A stretch of 58,190 nt of DNA, taken from IMG/VR virus record IMGVR_UViG_3300027734_000046, positions 62,001-120,190 of that record; one strand, given 5' to 3'. The first letter of the stretch is position 1; each line of letters starts with the position of its first letter. This document shows positions 10,601 through 19,325 of this stretch, piece after piece. A program made the position numbers and the translations under genes. A model generated the notes under the pieces. That model was given only the letters and a program-made list of their open reading frames with translations, searched no databases and was not told the origin of the DNA. Origin of the DNA: an uncultured virus (IMG/VR IMGVR_UViG_3300027734_000046) (taxonomy: Duplodnaviria > Heunggongvirae > Uroviricota > Caudoviricetes).

Positions 10601-11474
10601 TACTAATATAAACTACTGTGTTGTTATTAATAATCTTGTTGTAATATATTTTATTATTTTGAATTAAATTATTAGCAACACCATCATTATTGCTACCAAA
10701 TTCAAAAATACCATTACAGTCATAAAATGTATTGTAAGCAATCACGTTATTTTCAATAACAGAACCCTCTTCAAAAAATTCTACACCACCACCATCAAAT
10801 GTATAATCATAACTAGCGGCATAACAATCGTGAAAGTAGTTGTTAGTAACAATATTATTTGAACTAGATAGTTGAACAGGCACCCCACCATAATCGTCAT
10901 CTGGATTAACAGATGTTGGTGTGTTTCTAATCATCCTTAAATTTCCAATATCACAAGAATCCACGGTGTTATTATTATTGCCTGGTGGAAAATACACGCC
11001 ATAACCAGTTCTGTCCATCGTACACTTCCTAATAACTATTCCTGTACATCCTTGATACGTAGCAAATACATTTTGTATCTTAGCTTGAATATATCTATCA
11101 GTAGCTGATATTGTTGTATCGCTAATCTTCCAACCATAGAAAGTTAGGTTTGTACAACCATTCAATGTAATTAAAACACTTACTGTAGAGTTTGTCCCCC
11201 AGAATAATGGGTCGGCTCCTGTTCCATACACACCAAAATAAATGTTAGATTTATTTGATAATGTTAATGTTCCCGAGAATTTAGAATCTTTTGCAAACAA
11301 TACAGAATCACCATTAGCAACATTGCTTTGTACTTTAGATAATGTTTGCCAAGGCGTTAATGGATTTTGCGCTTGTGTTGTTGTGTAACTATCACTACCC
11401 GCTGAACTAACGTAAAATTTTCTAGCGCTAGCAAATAATGGAATAAATAAAAGAATTGTTAAAAACTTTTTCAT
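7635..11474 (-). CDS. Secreted tandem beta-helix (pectin-lyase-like) protein with TSP1-like repeats and T9SS-type C-terminal domain
   Basis: Signal peptide MKKFLTILLFIPLFASA; two domains each starting RKFY(V/F)SSxGxDSY...NPLTPWxTLxK; five C-x-F-T-Y-x-x-W-x-T-C repeats; C-terminus IKNILGVTVK...VSVRNLTSGSYVA...ILFVKQ. Confidence 0.8.
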   Translation of the reverse strand: MKKFLTILLFIPLFASARKFYVSSAGSDSYTTTQAQNPLTPWQTLSKVQSNVANGDSVLFAKDSKFSGTLTLSNKSNIYFGVYGTGADPLFWGTNSTVSVLITLNGCTNLTFYGWKISDTTISATDRYIQAKIQNVFATYQGCTGIVIRKCTMDRTGYGVYFPPGNNNNTVDSCDIGNLRMIRNTPTSVNPDDDYGGVPVQLSSSNNIVTNNYFHDCYAASYDYTFDGGGVEFFEEGSVIENNVIAYNTFYDCNGIFEFGSNNDGVANNLIQNNKIYYNKIINNNTVVYISNSGQYKTAVRNLQFYNNVMLQTVPNTNPGGSSGIMFSMSTSEATAGIIILKNNIIQVSNGLSLTRNGQLNGANLSHTNNIYKLSNGSVTNFTLDGTEISTSGIIWTNTTNSNPLNWDYTLTSTSPAINSGVNVGLTSDFVGNSVGAIPSMGIYQYGGSVTPTPCTFTYGSWTTCSNGTQTRPYTPTPTGCIGVPPTDSIQRSCTTPIVPCTFTYGTWTTCSNGIQTRPFTSSPTNCTGVPPADSLTRTCASPTTRGRKFYFSSIGNDSYSVTQAQNPLTPWKTLAKLNTLSSIATAGDTFAFKRGEIFANGTEFSTVASVKWYGGGYEGLSFPSGTATNPIVFTYYGDINLESPNLLYPYPSSVRSNEKGVLAFANVSYIVIDGIQFNDTRFPVNDKRSGAFTTLGLWFGDSGYCSGSDGCKCSNITVKNCNFSNTAYGIVAFVRDFKIENNTFSNFKSTGWITDTASQADIGADPMLLSGSKYRITNNRITGSWAYANPFNSSSSGLLGGAVETINNFDSSFIAYNTFIDCSGGMEFGTNLPGGIQGPDDDTICYNKFINCSNIAYVNTTGTYATQVKNLHFWNNFFVEGSMSRFSGNNAGGDAMGDGQTYANTGFIYWPPYPINKSTRYPSSENFQNAWRPIASGDHSVQAADTVFDIRNNVFWINNGFYAKYTQSERPKAFYRNNIYHLVSGYQGAVGSFTPTSLGPNTTLAIGERIINGKLIVDSSSIYPQNWDMHIASDTSYAINNGTNVGLNRDFEGNIVGATPSIGIYQYNSVAPTPCIFTYGTWTTCNNGVQTRPYVTSPTGCVGFPPTDSIQRSCTSPIVPCNFTYGIWTTCANGTQTRTYTSTPVGCTGVPPADSVQRACVSPTPCVFTYSQWSTCINGLQSRTYTSEPIGCIGLPSTDSLSRSCSSVNIRRFFYNSDRRSIYINSNTSGTMVIKNILGVTVKTSSYSSGGDWVSVRNLTSGSYVAITYNQSILFVKQ
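7857..8252 (-). repeat. Three tandem ~45-aa TSP1-like Cys repeats
   Basis: PCxFTYxxWxTCxNGxQxRxYxxxPxGCxGxPxxDS(I/V/L)xRxC three times. Confidence 0.85.
9855..10115 (-). repeat. Two tandem ~45-aa TSP1-like Cys repeats
   Basis: Same repeat unit as 7857-8252, lying between the two beta-helix domains. Confidence 0.85.
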
Positions 11475-11520
11475 TTTAAATTTTTTTTAAAAAATTGTTA
11501 TATTATAAGTACAATAATAT

Positions 11521-11553
11521 AATAATTAATATATTAATTATATATTAATTATT
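11521..11553. repeat. AT-only 14-bp inverted repeat
   Basis: AATAATTAATATAT-taatt-ATATATTAATTATT between the 1996-aa fibre stop and the secreted-protein gene. Confidence 0.5.
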
Positions 11554-14500
11554 TATACCGATATATCACCCGATAAATACCAAACGTCCCCAGACTTCTT
11601 TATTAATGTTGCAAAACTATACTGGCTTCTCAACTTTAATGCACCTCCAGAGCTTAATATAGTTACACCAGTACCACCACTGATAGATGTTTGACCAGTA
11701 CCATTTTGAACAATACCAATTTGAACACCAGTGCTAAAATTGGTTGTAGCACTAGGTGGTATGGATACAACATTAGCCGTAGAACTAGTCATTTCAATAA
11801 TGGTATTATTATTAGCCGCTGAAAGCTGTAAAGTATATGCCGTTCCAATAATAGCACCAAATGACACATTACTACTTGCTGATGTAATTCCTGTGATGGT
11901 ATTTCCATTTACAGAACCTGTACCTGAAAGAGTGATTGTACCTGTTGCAGAATTATATGTACCACCAGTTACAGCATTTATTGTATATGTAAGTGCTGTA
12001 CTACCACCTGAAGTAACACTCAACACATTACCTGACAATGTTGTTGCGCTTATATATGTTGGTAAATTAAAATAGGTTGTTGCTGATATTGTTGTTGCTG
12101 TTAACCCAGATACAATTGTATTACCAGTTACTGTTAATGTATTTGCTGTCAGGCCAGCTAATCTAGCATTACCAGTCACGTTTAACGTATTTGCAGTTAA
12201 TCCACTAGTAAATATTGTTGCACCATTTACCGTTCCACCAGAAAATGTAGATGAACTAGCAGTAAACGGGTCAACTTGAACAATTTTTGTAACCCCACTC
12301 AATCTAATTCTTAAATCATTATTTTGAATCCATATATCACCATCGTTTGGTGATGTCGGCGCTGTTGAACCAGTAATGAGCCTTAATGAAGCTTGAGTTG
12401 CAGTTGCGGCTGGAAGTGTTAATCTAGCAGTAGGTGTTTCTACACCAATACCAATCATACCTGTCGCTGTTGCACCTGTTGATGGATTACCAGTTGTTGT
12501 TGCATATGTATTTGAACCAAAAATAACACCACCAATATTAATTCGATTTGATGGTGTTCCAGACAAACCTATATTTGTACCTACGATAATATTATTTGAA
12601 CCTAAGTTACCACGCCAACCCGTTTGATATCCTAACAATATTGATTGGCTACCACCAGTCATAAAATAGCCAGCTCTATAACCAATAGCCACTAAATCCG
12701 ATGGTCCGCCAACAATTGACCTACCTGATTCAGAACCCATGATTATTGATGTTGTAACACCTGTCGAGCTAATACCAGCACTTTGACCAACAATTATTGA
12801 AGTTGATGACCCCGAAGCGTCCAGCCCAGCATTATTACCAACAAAAACAGAATTTAACGCAGTTGTTGCACCATTACCAGCAGAACTACCAATAAAAATA
12901 ACGTTTGAAGTTACAAAACCACTAATTGATGAATCAGCACCAGCAGCATTACCAATATAAATTGAGGATGAAGGTGTATAATTTCTAGCACCTGCCGACA
13001 ATCCAATACCGACAGAGCTACTTAACGTAACACCATTAATACCCGCATTAGAACCAATGTACACTGACGCAGAAGCACCATTTGTATTTAAACCAGCACT
13101 ATTACCAATAAAAACAGAATTTGTTGAAGTACCTGACAAATCTTTGCCAGCTTGAAAACCAATAACTACTGTATTTGCAAATGTGCTAGCTGTATCAGCA
13201 GTATATTGTCTAGATTGAAAACCAGCTTGATTACCAATAATAACCGCACTAGTTGCTTGACCCTTATTAGTTTTATACGCTGATGTCCCAATAACAACAC
13301 TACTCGATAACCTACTAGATGCACGAGCGGCTTCAGTACCAATAACGACCGTATTTTGCGAATTACCCGAAACAAATGCCCCCGCTAAATTACCTATAAA
13401 GGTTGAATTAGCAATTGTACCTGCATTTGTCGAACCAGTTGCTGGAAAATAAGGATTTGTCGCAGCATTTGTTCCAATTGCAATAACATTAGCCGCATTA
13501 TTTGCTGTTGCCGCACTCAAAAGACCGTTAAAACCTATAACAACACCATATGTTAAACCAGTAGACCTAGAACCAGCATCAGTACCAACTAAAACACTAC
13601 CATATGACAAATAATTATTAAGACCAGCCCTGTAACCAATATAGTCAGAATAATCATTACCCGTAGCACCACTACCAGCTTGATAACCAATGAAATTAAA
13701 AAATTTAGTATTAGTTGTACCACTACCAGCTTCATAGCCAATTATATTACCATATTGTATATTACTAGATAATTGACCAGCTGAAGCACCAATAAGTGTT
13801 GTACCTGTTATAGCTGACGCTTGATAACCAGCTTGGTTACCAATAAAATTTAAATCACTATTTACGGTTACATCTGAAAAAAGAACACCCAAACCCGCAT
13901 TGTAACCAATAAAATTTGAGAAAGTTATACCAGTTGATGATTCACCAGCACTAGTACCAATAAAATTTGAAGCTGATGTGTTTCTAGCACCATCACCAGC
14001 AGCAGAACCAATAAAAGATGACCCCCCTATATTCCTAGCACCATTACCAGCACCATACCCCATAAAATTTGAATAACTTGACTCACTTGCACCACCACCA
14101 GCATCACTACCAAATAAATTTGAATTAGTAATATCCGTTGCCTCCTTACCAGCATCCTTACCAATAAAATTTGAATTGGTAATACCAGAAGCAGAACTCC
14201 CAGCATTTGAACCAATAAAATTTGAAGAGGCTAAATCAGAACCGTTCGATGCTGCATTGTAACCAATAGCATTTATTTTTAATATATTACCAAACCCATC
14301 AGTATTATTAATACCATAACCAGCAGTATCACCAATAAAATTTGAACTAGTAACACCCGTTGTAAGTCTACCAGCATTATAACCAATGAAATTTGAACGG
14401 CTTGTCGCACTTGCCCCATCACCAACATTACTACCAATAAAATTTGAATATATTGAATCGTTAGCGCTAATTCCAGCAGAATTACCAATAAAATTTGAAT

Positions 14501-17500
14501 ATGTTACACCAGTTGCATTTTGACCAGCATCTGAACCAATAAAATTAGAGTCATCTGAGTTAATTGCTTGATACCCAGCACCACCACCAATAAAGTTTGA
14601 ATTACTAGAACTAGACGCATAAATACCAGCATTTTGACCGATAAAATTTGAACCAGTAACACCAGTTAGTTCAGAACCAGCATAATTGCCAATAAAATTT
14701 GAGCTTTGAACATTACTTGCCAAATTACCAGCTCCGATTACAGCAAAAAATGAATTAGTTATACCACTCGAAGAAGCACCAGCTTCGGTACCAATAAAAC
14801 TAGATTGATATATATCAAATGTGTTAGTACCAGCGTTATCACCAAAAAAATCTGCCAATTGGGAATCAATATTATTTGCCCCAGCATTTTTACCAATAAA
14901 GTTCGAGCGAGTAGTGCCCGTACTATTACTACCAGCACCTTGCCCAACAACAAACATATCGTTACCCAAAGCCTCAGCACCAGAACCGATGGCTATTGAA
15001 TCGCTAGCTGAAACAACTGGTGGTGTTGTTGGATTTGTTGATGGTTCAGCGTAGTATTTTAAAGAAACCGTTGACGCACTGCCTGTTAATCCAGAAACTG
15101 GATAAGCATGTAGAACACCATCAGTATCAATACTAACAACAAATGTATCAGCTGTTGTTGCTGTTAATCCTTGAAATCTAACAGGGTTTGTTGCTGCTGA
15201 TATGTGTAATGTGTTGGTTGCAGCTGTTGTACCAAAACCAGTGTTTCCTGATGCATCAACATATAATCTAATTGTACCAGCACCGTTAGCGATAACGATG
15301 CTATTGGTTAAACCACTTGTAAGTTGTGGTATGTTATTACCAATAACAAGGTTATTGCTTCCTGTTATAATACCCTTACCAGCATAATTACCAATATAAA
15401 TATTATTATCACCACTTGTTTGTCCAGAGCCAGCTAGTAAACCAATTAAAATAGTATTGTTTAAATTAGCAATACCTGTATAACCACTATTTAATACCCC
15501 CGTAGCCCACCCAATACTAGTATTACCTGAACCCGTTTGATTATGATACAATGCTCCTTGACCAACACCCGTGTTATTAATACCTGTTGTATTATTATAT
15601 AACGCGGCGTAACCAATACCTGTATTATAGTTACCTGTTGTGTTAAATCTAAGAGCAACGCTACCAGTACTAGTATTTCCAGTACCAATAGTACTAGTAG
15701 CTAATGACGCATAACCAATTGCTGTGTTTGAGTTACCTGTAGTGTTTACAAGTAGAGCACTAGACCCAACAGCTGTATTAAAACTACTACCAGTTGTGTC
15801 TCTTAATGTACCATTACCAACACCTGTATTACTACCACCAACAGCAAGTTTACTCAACGAACCGTAACCAATCGCAAAATTTAAATTACCTGTTGTATTT
15901 GCAGCTAAAGCACCAGAGCCAATTGCTAAATTTCTAATTCCCGTAGTATTTAATGATAAACTACCCGCACCAATAGCAGTATTTTCATAACCAGTAGTAT
16001 TGTTAGTTAACGCACTAGTACCAATTGCGTTATTAGTATATCCAATTGTATTTTTTGCTAAAGCTTGATAACCGATTGCAGTATTGCTATAACCACTTGT
16101 AACCCCTGATAATGAACCAGCACCAATACCCACATTACCACCAAAATTAACACCAGAATCAATTGTTGTAAAATTACCAGCACTATTACCTAAAAATAAG
16201 TTATTGGTACCATATGAATGAATAAATCTATTTGAATTCTGATTAATAACACCAGAACTTGATGATGTGGTACTAGGTATACCAACAGTTGTTGCCGATA
16301 AATCACCGTTTACCGTAAACCCACTAACTGTATTAAAGTTTGTTGTAAATGTTCGACCACTAGAATCATTTATTGTAAATGTATTTGCTGAAGATATATA
16401 TCCAAAACTAGTAATAACCGTATCAGTATATCCACTTGTAAATCCTGAAACATCAAACACACCACGACCACTCAATGCCAACCAATTAAGTGTATCACCT
16501 GTTGGTGGTGTAGCACTAGGCCCAGCATTAGCAGATATTACAAAATAATCTTTATTATTACCACTATATGTAACAACCGTATCTGCTGTATATGCAGACA
16601 CCGCCCTCCAATTACCAGCATAATACAAACCAGTACGGCTATTGCTAACATTTGAATAAAACGTAACAACACCACTGTTTTTATTATAGGTACCACCAGT
16701 TACAGTCATATCTGTAGCCAATATACTTAGGCTTACTGTTAATGGTGAGTTATTGTTTTGATTAATGGTTAAATCATAATCACCCTGACTAAATGTAAAA
16801 CCAGTCACATAAACATCTTGTGGTAACCCATTATATTGTGTTGCCGATATCGTTGTTGCTGAAAAAGTATTTGCTGTTAAACCACTAGTAAATATTGTCG
16901 CACCACCAACAGAACCACCAGTAAAAGTATCTACTGGTAAATTAAGATATGTTGTTGCTGATATTGTATTAGCAGATAATCCACCAGTGAATAAAGTAGC
17001 CCCATTAACGGTACCACCAGTAAAGTTACCAACTGGCAGATTAAGGTATGTTGTTGCCGATATTGTATTACCACTAAGTCCGTTGGTGAATAAAGTAGCC
17101 CCGTTAACGGTACCACCAGTAAAATTACCAACTGGTAAGTTAAGATATGTTGTGGCGCTAATTGTATTTGCGGTTAAACCACTAGTAAATATTGTCGCAC
17201 CACCAACTGAACCACCAGTAAAGTTACCAACTGGTAGGTTAAGATATGTTGTTGCTGATATTGTATTACCACTAAGTCCGTTGGTAAATAAAGTAGCTCC
17301 GCTAACAGTACCACCATCAAAAGGGTCAATGGTTTTTAATACTAAATCATTATCTGCAATACCATTATTATACCAGTATTCAATCACACCAGAACCAGAA
17401 AAAATACCAACGGTCAACCCCTTTGTTCTTTGTAATGATAGTATATTAGTATTAGCGTCTGTAACACCACTCCATGGACCGTAACGGTTGTCCAATACTT

Positions 17501-17543
17501 TTGGTGAGTTACTATTTATATTGTCACTAAGATTTATTCCCAT
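11553..17543 (-). CDS. Very long tail fibre/adhesin-like protein (1996 aa)
   Basis: Dozens of NxAIGxxAL and SNFIGxxAG 14-aa repeats; 33-aa tandem repeats; C-terminal domain (...QYSFATLIKKSGDVWYLSGD) typical of phage fibre tips. Confidence 0.8.
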   Translation of the reverse strand: MGINLSDNINSNSPKVLDNRYGPWSGVTDANTNILSLQRTKGLTVGIFSGSGVIEYWYNNGIADNDLVLKTIDPFDGGTVSGATLFTNGLSGNTISATTYLNLPVGNFTGGSVGGATIFTSGLTANTISATTYLNLPVGNFTGGTVNGATLFTNGLSGNTISATTYLNLPVGNFTGGTVNGATLFTGGLSANTISATTYLNLPVDTFTGGSVGGATIFTSGLTANTFSATTISATQYNGLPQDVYVTGFTFSQGDYDLTINQNNNSPLTVSLSILATDMTVTGGTYNKNSGVVTFYSNVSNSRTGLYYAGNWRAVSAYTADTVVTYSGNNKDYFVISANAGPSATPPTGDTLNWLALSGRGVFDVSGFTSGYTDTVITSFGYISSANTFTINDSSGRTFTTNFNTVSGFTVNGDLSATTVGIPSTTSSSSGVINQNSNRFIHSYGTNNLFLGNSAGNFTTIDSGVNFGGNVGIGAGSLSGVTSGYSNTAIGYQALAKNTIGYTNNAIGTSALTNNTTGYENTAIGAGSLSLNTTGIRNLAIGSGALAANTTGNLNFAIGYGSLSKLAVGGSNTGVGNGTLRDTTGSSFNTAVGSSALLVNTTGNSNTAIGYASLATSTIGTGNTSTGSVALRFNTTGNYNTGIGYAALYNNTTGINNTGVGQGALYHNQTGSGNTSIGWATGVLNSGYTGIANLNNTILIGLLAGSGQTSGDNNIYIGNYAGKGIITGSNNLVIGNNIPQLTSGLTNSIVIANGAGTIRLYVDASGNTGFGTTAATNTLHISAATNPVRFQGLTATTADTFVVSIDTDGVLHAYPVSGLTGSASTVSLKYYAEPSTNPTTPPVVSASDSIAIGSGAEALGNDMFVVGQGAGSNSTGTTRSNFIGKNAGANNIDSQLADFFGDNAGTNTFDIYQSSFIGTEAGASSSGITNSFFAVIGAGNLASNVQSSNFIGNYAGSELTGVTGSNFIGQNAGIYASSSSNSNFIGGGAGYQAINSDDSNFIGSDAGQNATGVTYSNFIGNSAGISANDSIYSNFIGSNVGDGASATSRSNFIGYNAGRLTTGVTSSNFIGDTAGYGINNTDGFGNILKINAIGYNAASNGSDLASSNFIGSNAGSSASGITNSNFIGKDAGKEATDITNSNLFGSDAGGGASESSYSNFMGYGAGNGARNIGGSSFIGSAAGDGARNTSASNFIGTSAGESSTGITFSNFIGYNAGLGVLFSDVTVNSDLNFIGNQAGYQASAITGTTLIGASAGQLSSNIQYGNIIGYEAGSGTTNTKFFNFIGYQAGSGATGNDYSDYIGYRAGLNNYLSYGSVLVGTDAGSRSTGLTYGVVIGFNGLLSAATANNAANVIAIGTNAATNPYFPATGSTNAGTIANSTFIGNLAGAFVSGNSQNTVVIGTEAARASSRLSSSVVIGTSAYKTNKGQATSAVIIGNQAGFQSRQYTADTASTFANTVVIGFQAGKDLSGTSTNSVFIGNSAGLNTNGASASVYIGSNAGINGVTLSSSVGIGLSAGARNYTPSSSIYIGNAAGADSSISGFVTSNVIFIGSSAGNGATTALNSVFVGNNAGLDASGSSTSIIVGQSAGISSTGVTTSIIMGSESGRSIVGGPSDLVAIGYRAGYFMTGGSQSILLGYQTGWRGNLGSNNIIVGTNIGLSGTPSNRINIGGVIFGSNTYATTTGNPSTGATATGMIGIGVETPTARLTLPAATATQASLRLITGSTAPTSPNDGDIWIQNNDLRIRLSGVTKIVQVDPFTASSSTFSGGTVNGATIFTSGLTANTLNVTGNARLAGLTANTLTVTGNTIVSGLTATTISATTYFNLPTYISATTLSGNVLSVTSGGSTALTYTINAVTGGTYNSATGTITLSGTGSVNGNTITGITSASSNVSFGAIIGTAYTLQLSAANNNTIIEMTSSTANVVSIPPSATTNFSTGVQIGIVQNGTGQTSISGGTGVTILSSGGALKLRSQYSFATLIKKSGDVWYLSGDISV
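16850..17315 (-). repeat. 99-bp (33-aa) tandem repeat, four full copies plus a partial one
   Basis: GGTVNGATLFTNGLSGNTISATTYLNLPVGNFT and variants; near-identical DNA between copies. Confidence 0.9.
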
Positions 17544-17548
17544 ATTAT

Positions 17549-19315
17549 TTAATTATTTCTAAATTCTAATGTTTGTTGCACAGTAGGATAAACACTCCAA
17601 TGCATTTTATAGTTAATTCCAGACCAATAAGATTCTGGACTTTTAACGGGTTGTAAAACGGCTGTTGTAATAAAACTATTATCAATATTACCAAAATTAA
17701 AACCAGTCTCCCACCATAATGTTTTTGTTGTATATCCAGAATAATAAGCAACCCAAATAAATTCACCAGTATTTAGTGTATTATATGGTATTGATATCGT
17801 ACCAGATGCTGATGATAAAACTTTATTTGCTGTACCAGCAGATATAGTATCCGCAATATCCTGAGCCGTTGGCAATGTATTTGATTTACCCCAGAAATAT
17901 GGGTATATACCTGTTATAGTAAATGTTGTTGAAGAAAAATTACTACTAGCTGCTTGTGGTGCGTTAACAGAACGCACAGCTGGTGTTCTTGTATCAACAA
18001 CTCCTTTGTTATTATTTTTAGAAGACCCAGAGGCATAATTACCGTCACCGTTATAAATTGTTGTTGATGAATTACCCACCACAGGTGCTGGTATAACATA
18101 CGATTCGGAATACGACGGTGTCATTGTGTACCTAAAATTAGGGTTATTAGGATTCGGATAGGTAAATTGATTTGGAACAGCTGTTGTTGAAGATACCGCA
18201 AACGTCGTATCGGTAAATAATGAAGAACCATCCCTTAATACCCTTAGCTGTGAAAAAGCACCTGCGTCATTTTTAACACCAAACACACTAATAGTTGGTG
18301 AATATGTTACACCAATCTCTAATGTTTGTGTTGATGGACCAGTCATTGTTATTGTTGGTATTGTGTATGTTGGATTAGCAACAGGAAATAAAATATCATC
18401 AAACAACTGAACCAATGTTCTACCTGTTAATAATGAAACAGTTGTTCCAGCTGATAACCCACCAATACCCCTATCCATTGCTAACCCTCCATCTAAAGCA
18501 GTATTATAAAGAGAATATAACGAATTACCGTTCCTACCTAAACCAGTATTTGCTGATACCGTAATCCCAACGTTTGAAAGATTTGAACCATCACCATAAT
18601 ATGTTGATGCACTAACAGTCGTAGCTGATATGGTACCCATATTAGCAGTTGTTGCTGAAATCAGTCCAGAACTAATAGATACAGCATTTAACGTATTAAA
18701 TGTTGCAGCACTATTAACGGTTAAATTACCACTAATAGTTAAACCTGTCATACTATTTACCCTCTGCGTAAATGTTGCACCGCTAGAATCAAAAATACTA
18801 AATGTATTATTTTGATATGTAAAACCAGTAACACGTATATCCGTATACCCACTTGCAAATCCAACAACAGGAAATGTACCACCACTATTATTAATAAACG
18901 TAACAACACCGTTATTTTTGTCATAAGTACCACCAGTTACCCTCATATCTGTAGCTAGTATCGATAAAGATTCCGTTGTTGACCAAGTGTCGTTTCTACT
19001 TATGGTTAAGTTATAGTTAGCAACATCAAAAGTTAAACCAGTCACATAAACATCGTCAGATGGTTTAAAAAATCCAGTCACGTCAAACGTTCCACCACTA
19101 ATATTAGTAAAAGTGATAATACCTGTAGTATCATTATAAGTACCGCCAGTTATTACAGCTTCAACATTCAATCCATCGGTTATAAAATTAGCTAAAGTAC
19201 TTAATGCAACTTTTTTTGTTTGGTTACCATTAACAATAGGCATTACATCATTATTGGTTAATGATGTGGCAAATGTTAATTGACTAATTTTTTTATTTTC
19301 GTTTTGTGCTGGCAT
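17549..19315 (-). CDS. Tail fibre-like virion protein
   Basis: N-terminal KKISQL...DVMPIV...TKKV fibre-attachment motif; VTGGTY repeats shared with neighbouring fibres. Confidence 0.7.
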   Translation of the reverse strand: MPAQNENKKISQLTFATSLTNNDVMPIVNGNQTKKVALSTLANFITDGLNVEAVITGGTYNDTTGIITFTNISGGTFDVTGFFKPSDDVYVTGLTFDVANYNLTISRNDTWSTTESLSILATDMRVTGGTYDKNNGVVTFINNSGGTFPVVGFASGYTDIRVTGFTYQNNTFSIFDSSGATFTQRVNSMTGLTISGNLTVNSAATFNTLNAVSISSGLISATTANMGTISATTVSASTYYGDGSNLSNVGITVSANTGLGRNGNSLYSLYNTALDGGLAMDRGIGGLSAGTTVSLLTGRTLVQLFDDILFPVANPTYTIPTITMTGPSTQTLEIGVTYSPTISVFGVKNDAGAFSQLRVLRDGSSLFTDTTFAVSSTTAVPNQFTYPNPNNPNFRYTMTPSYSESYVIPAPVVGNSSTTIYNGDGNYASGSSKNNNKGVVDTRTPAVRSVNAPQAASSNFSSTTFTITGIYPYFWGKSNTLPTAQDIADTISAGTANKVLSSASGTISIPYNTLNTGEFIWVAYYSGYTTKTLWWETGFNFGNIDNSFITTAVLQPVKSPESYWSGINYKMHWSVYPTVQQTLEFRNN

Positions 19316-19325
19316 CTTTTTTAAT

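Noticed and set aside
16850..17315. CRISPR array
   Set aside because: Contiguous in-frame 99-bp coding repeats with no unique spacers and no cas genes.
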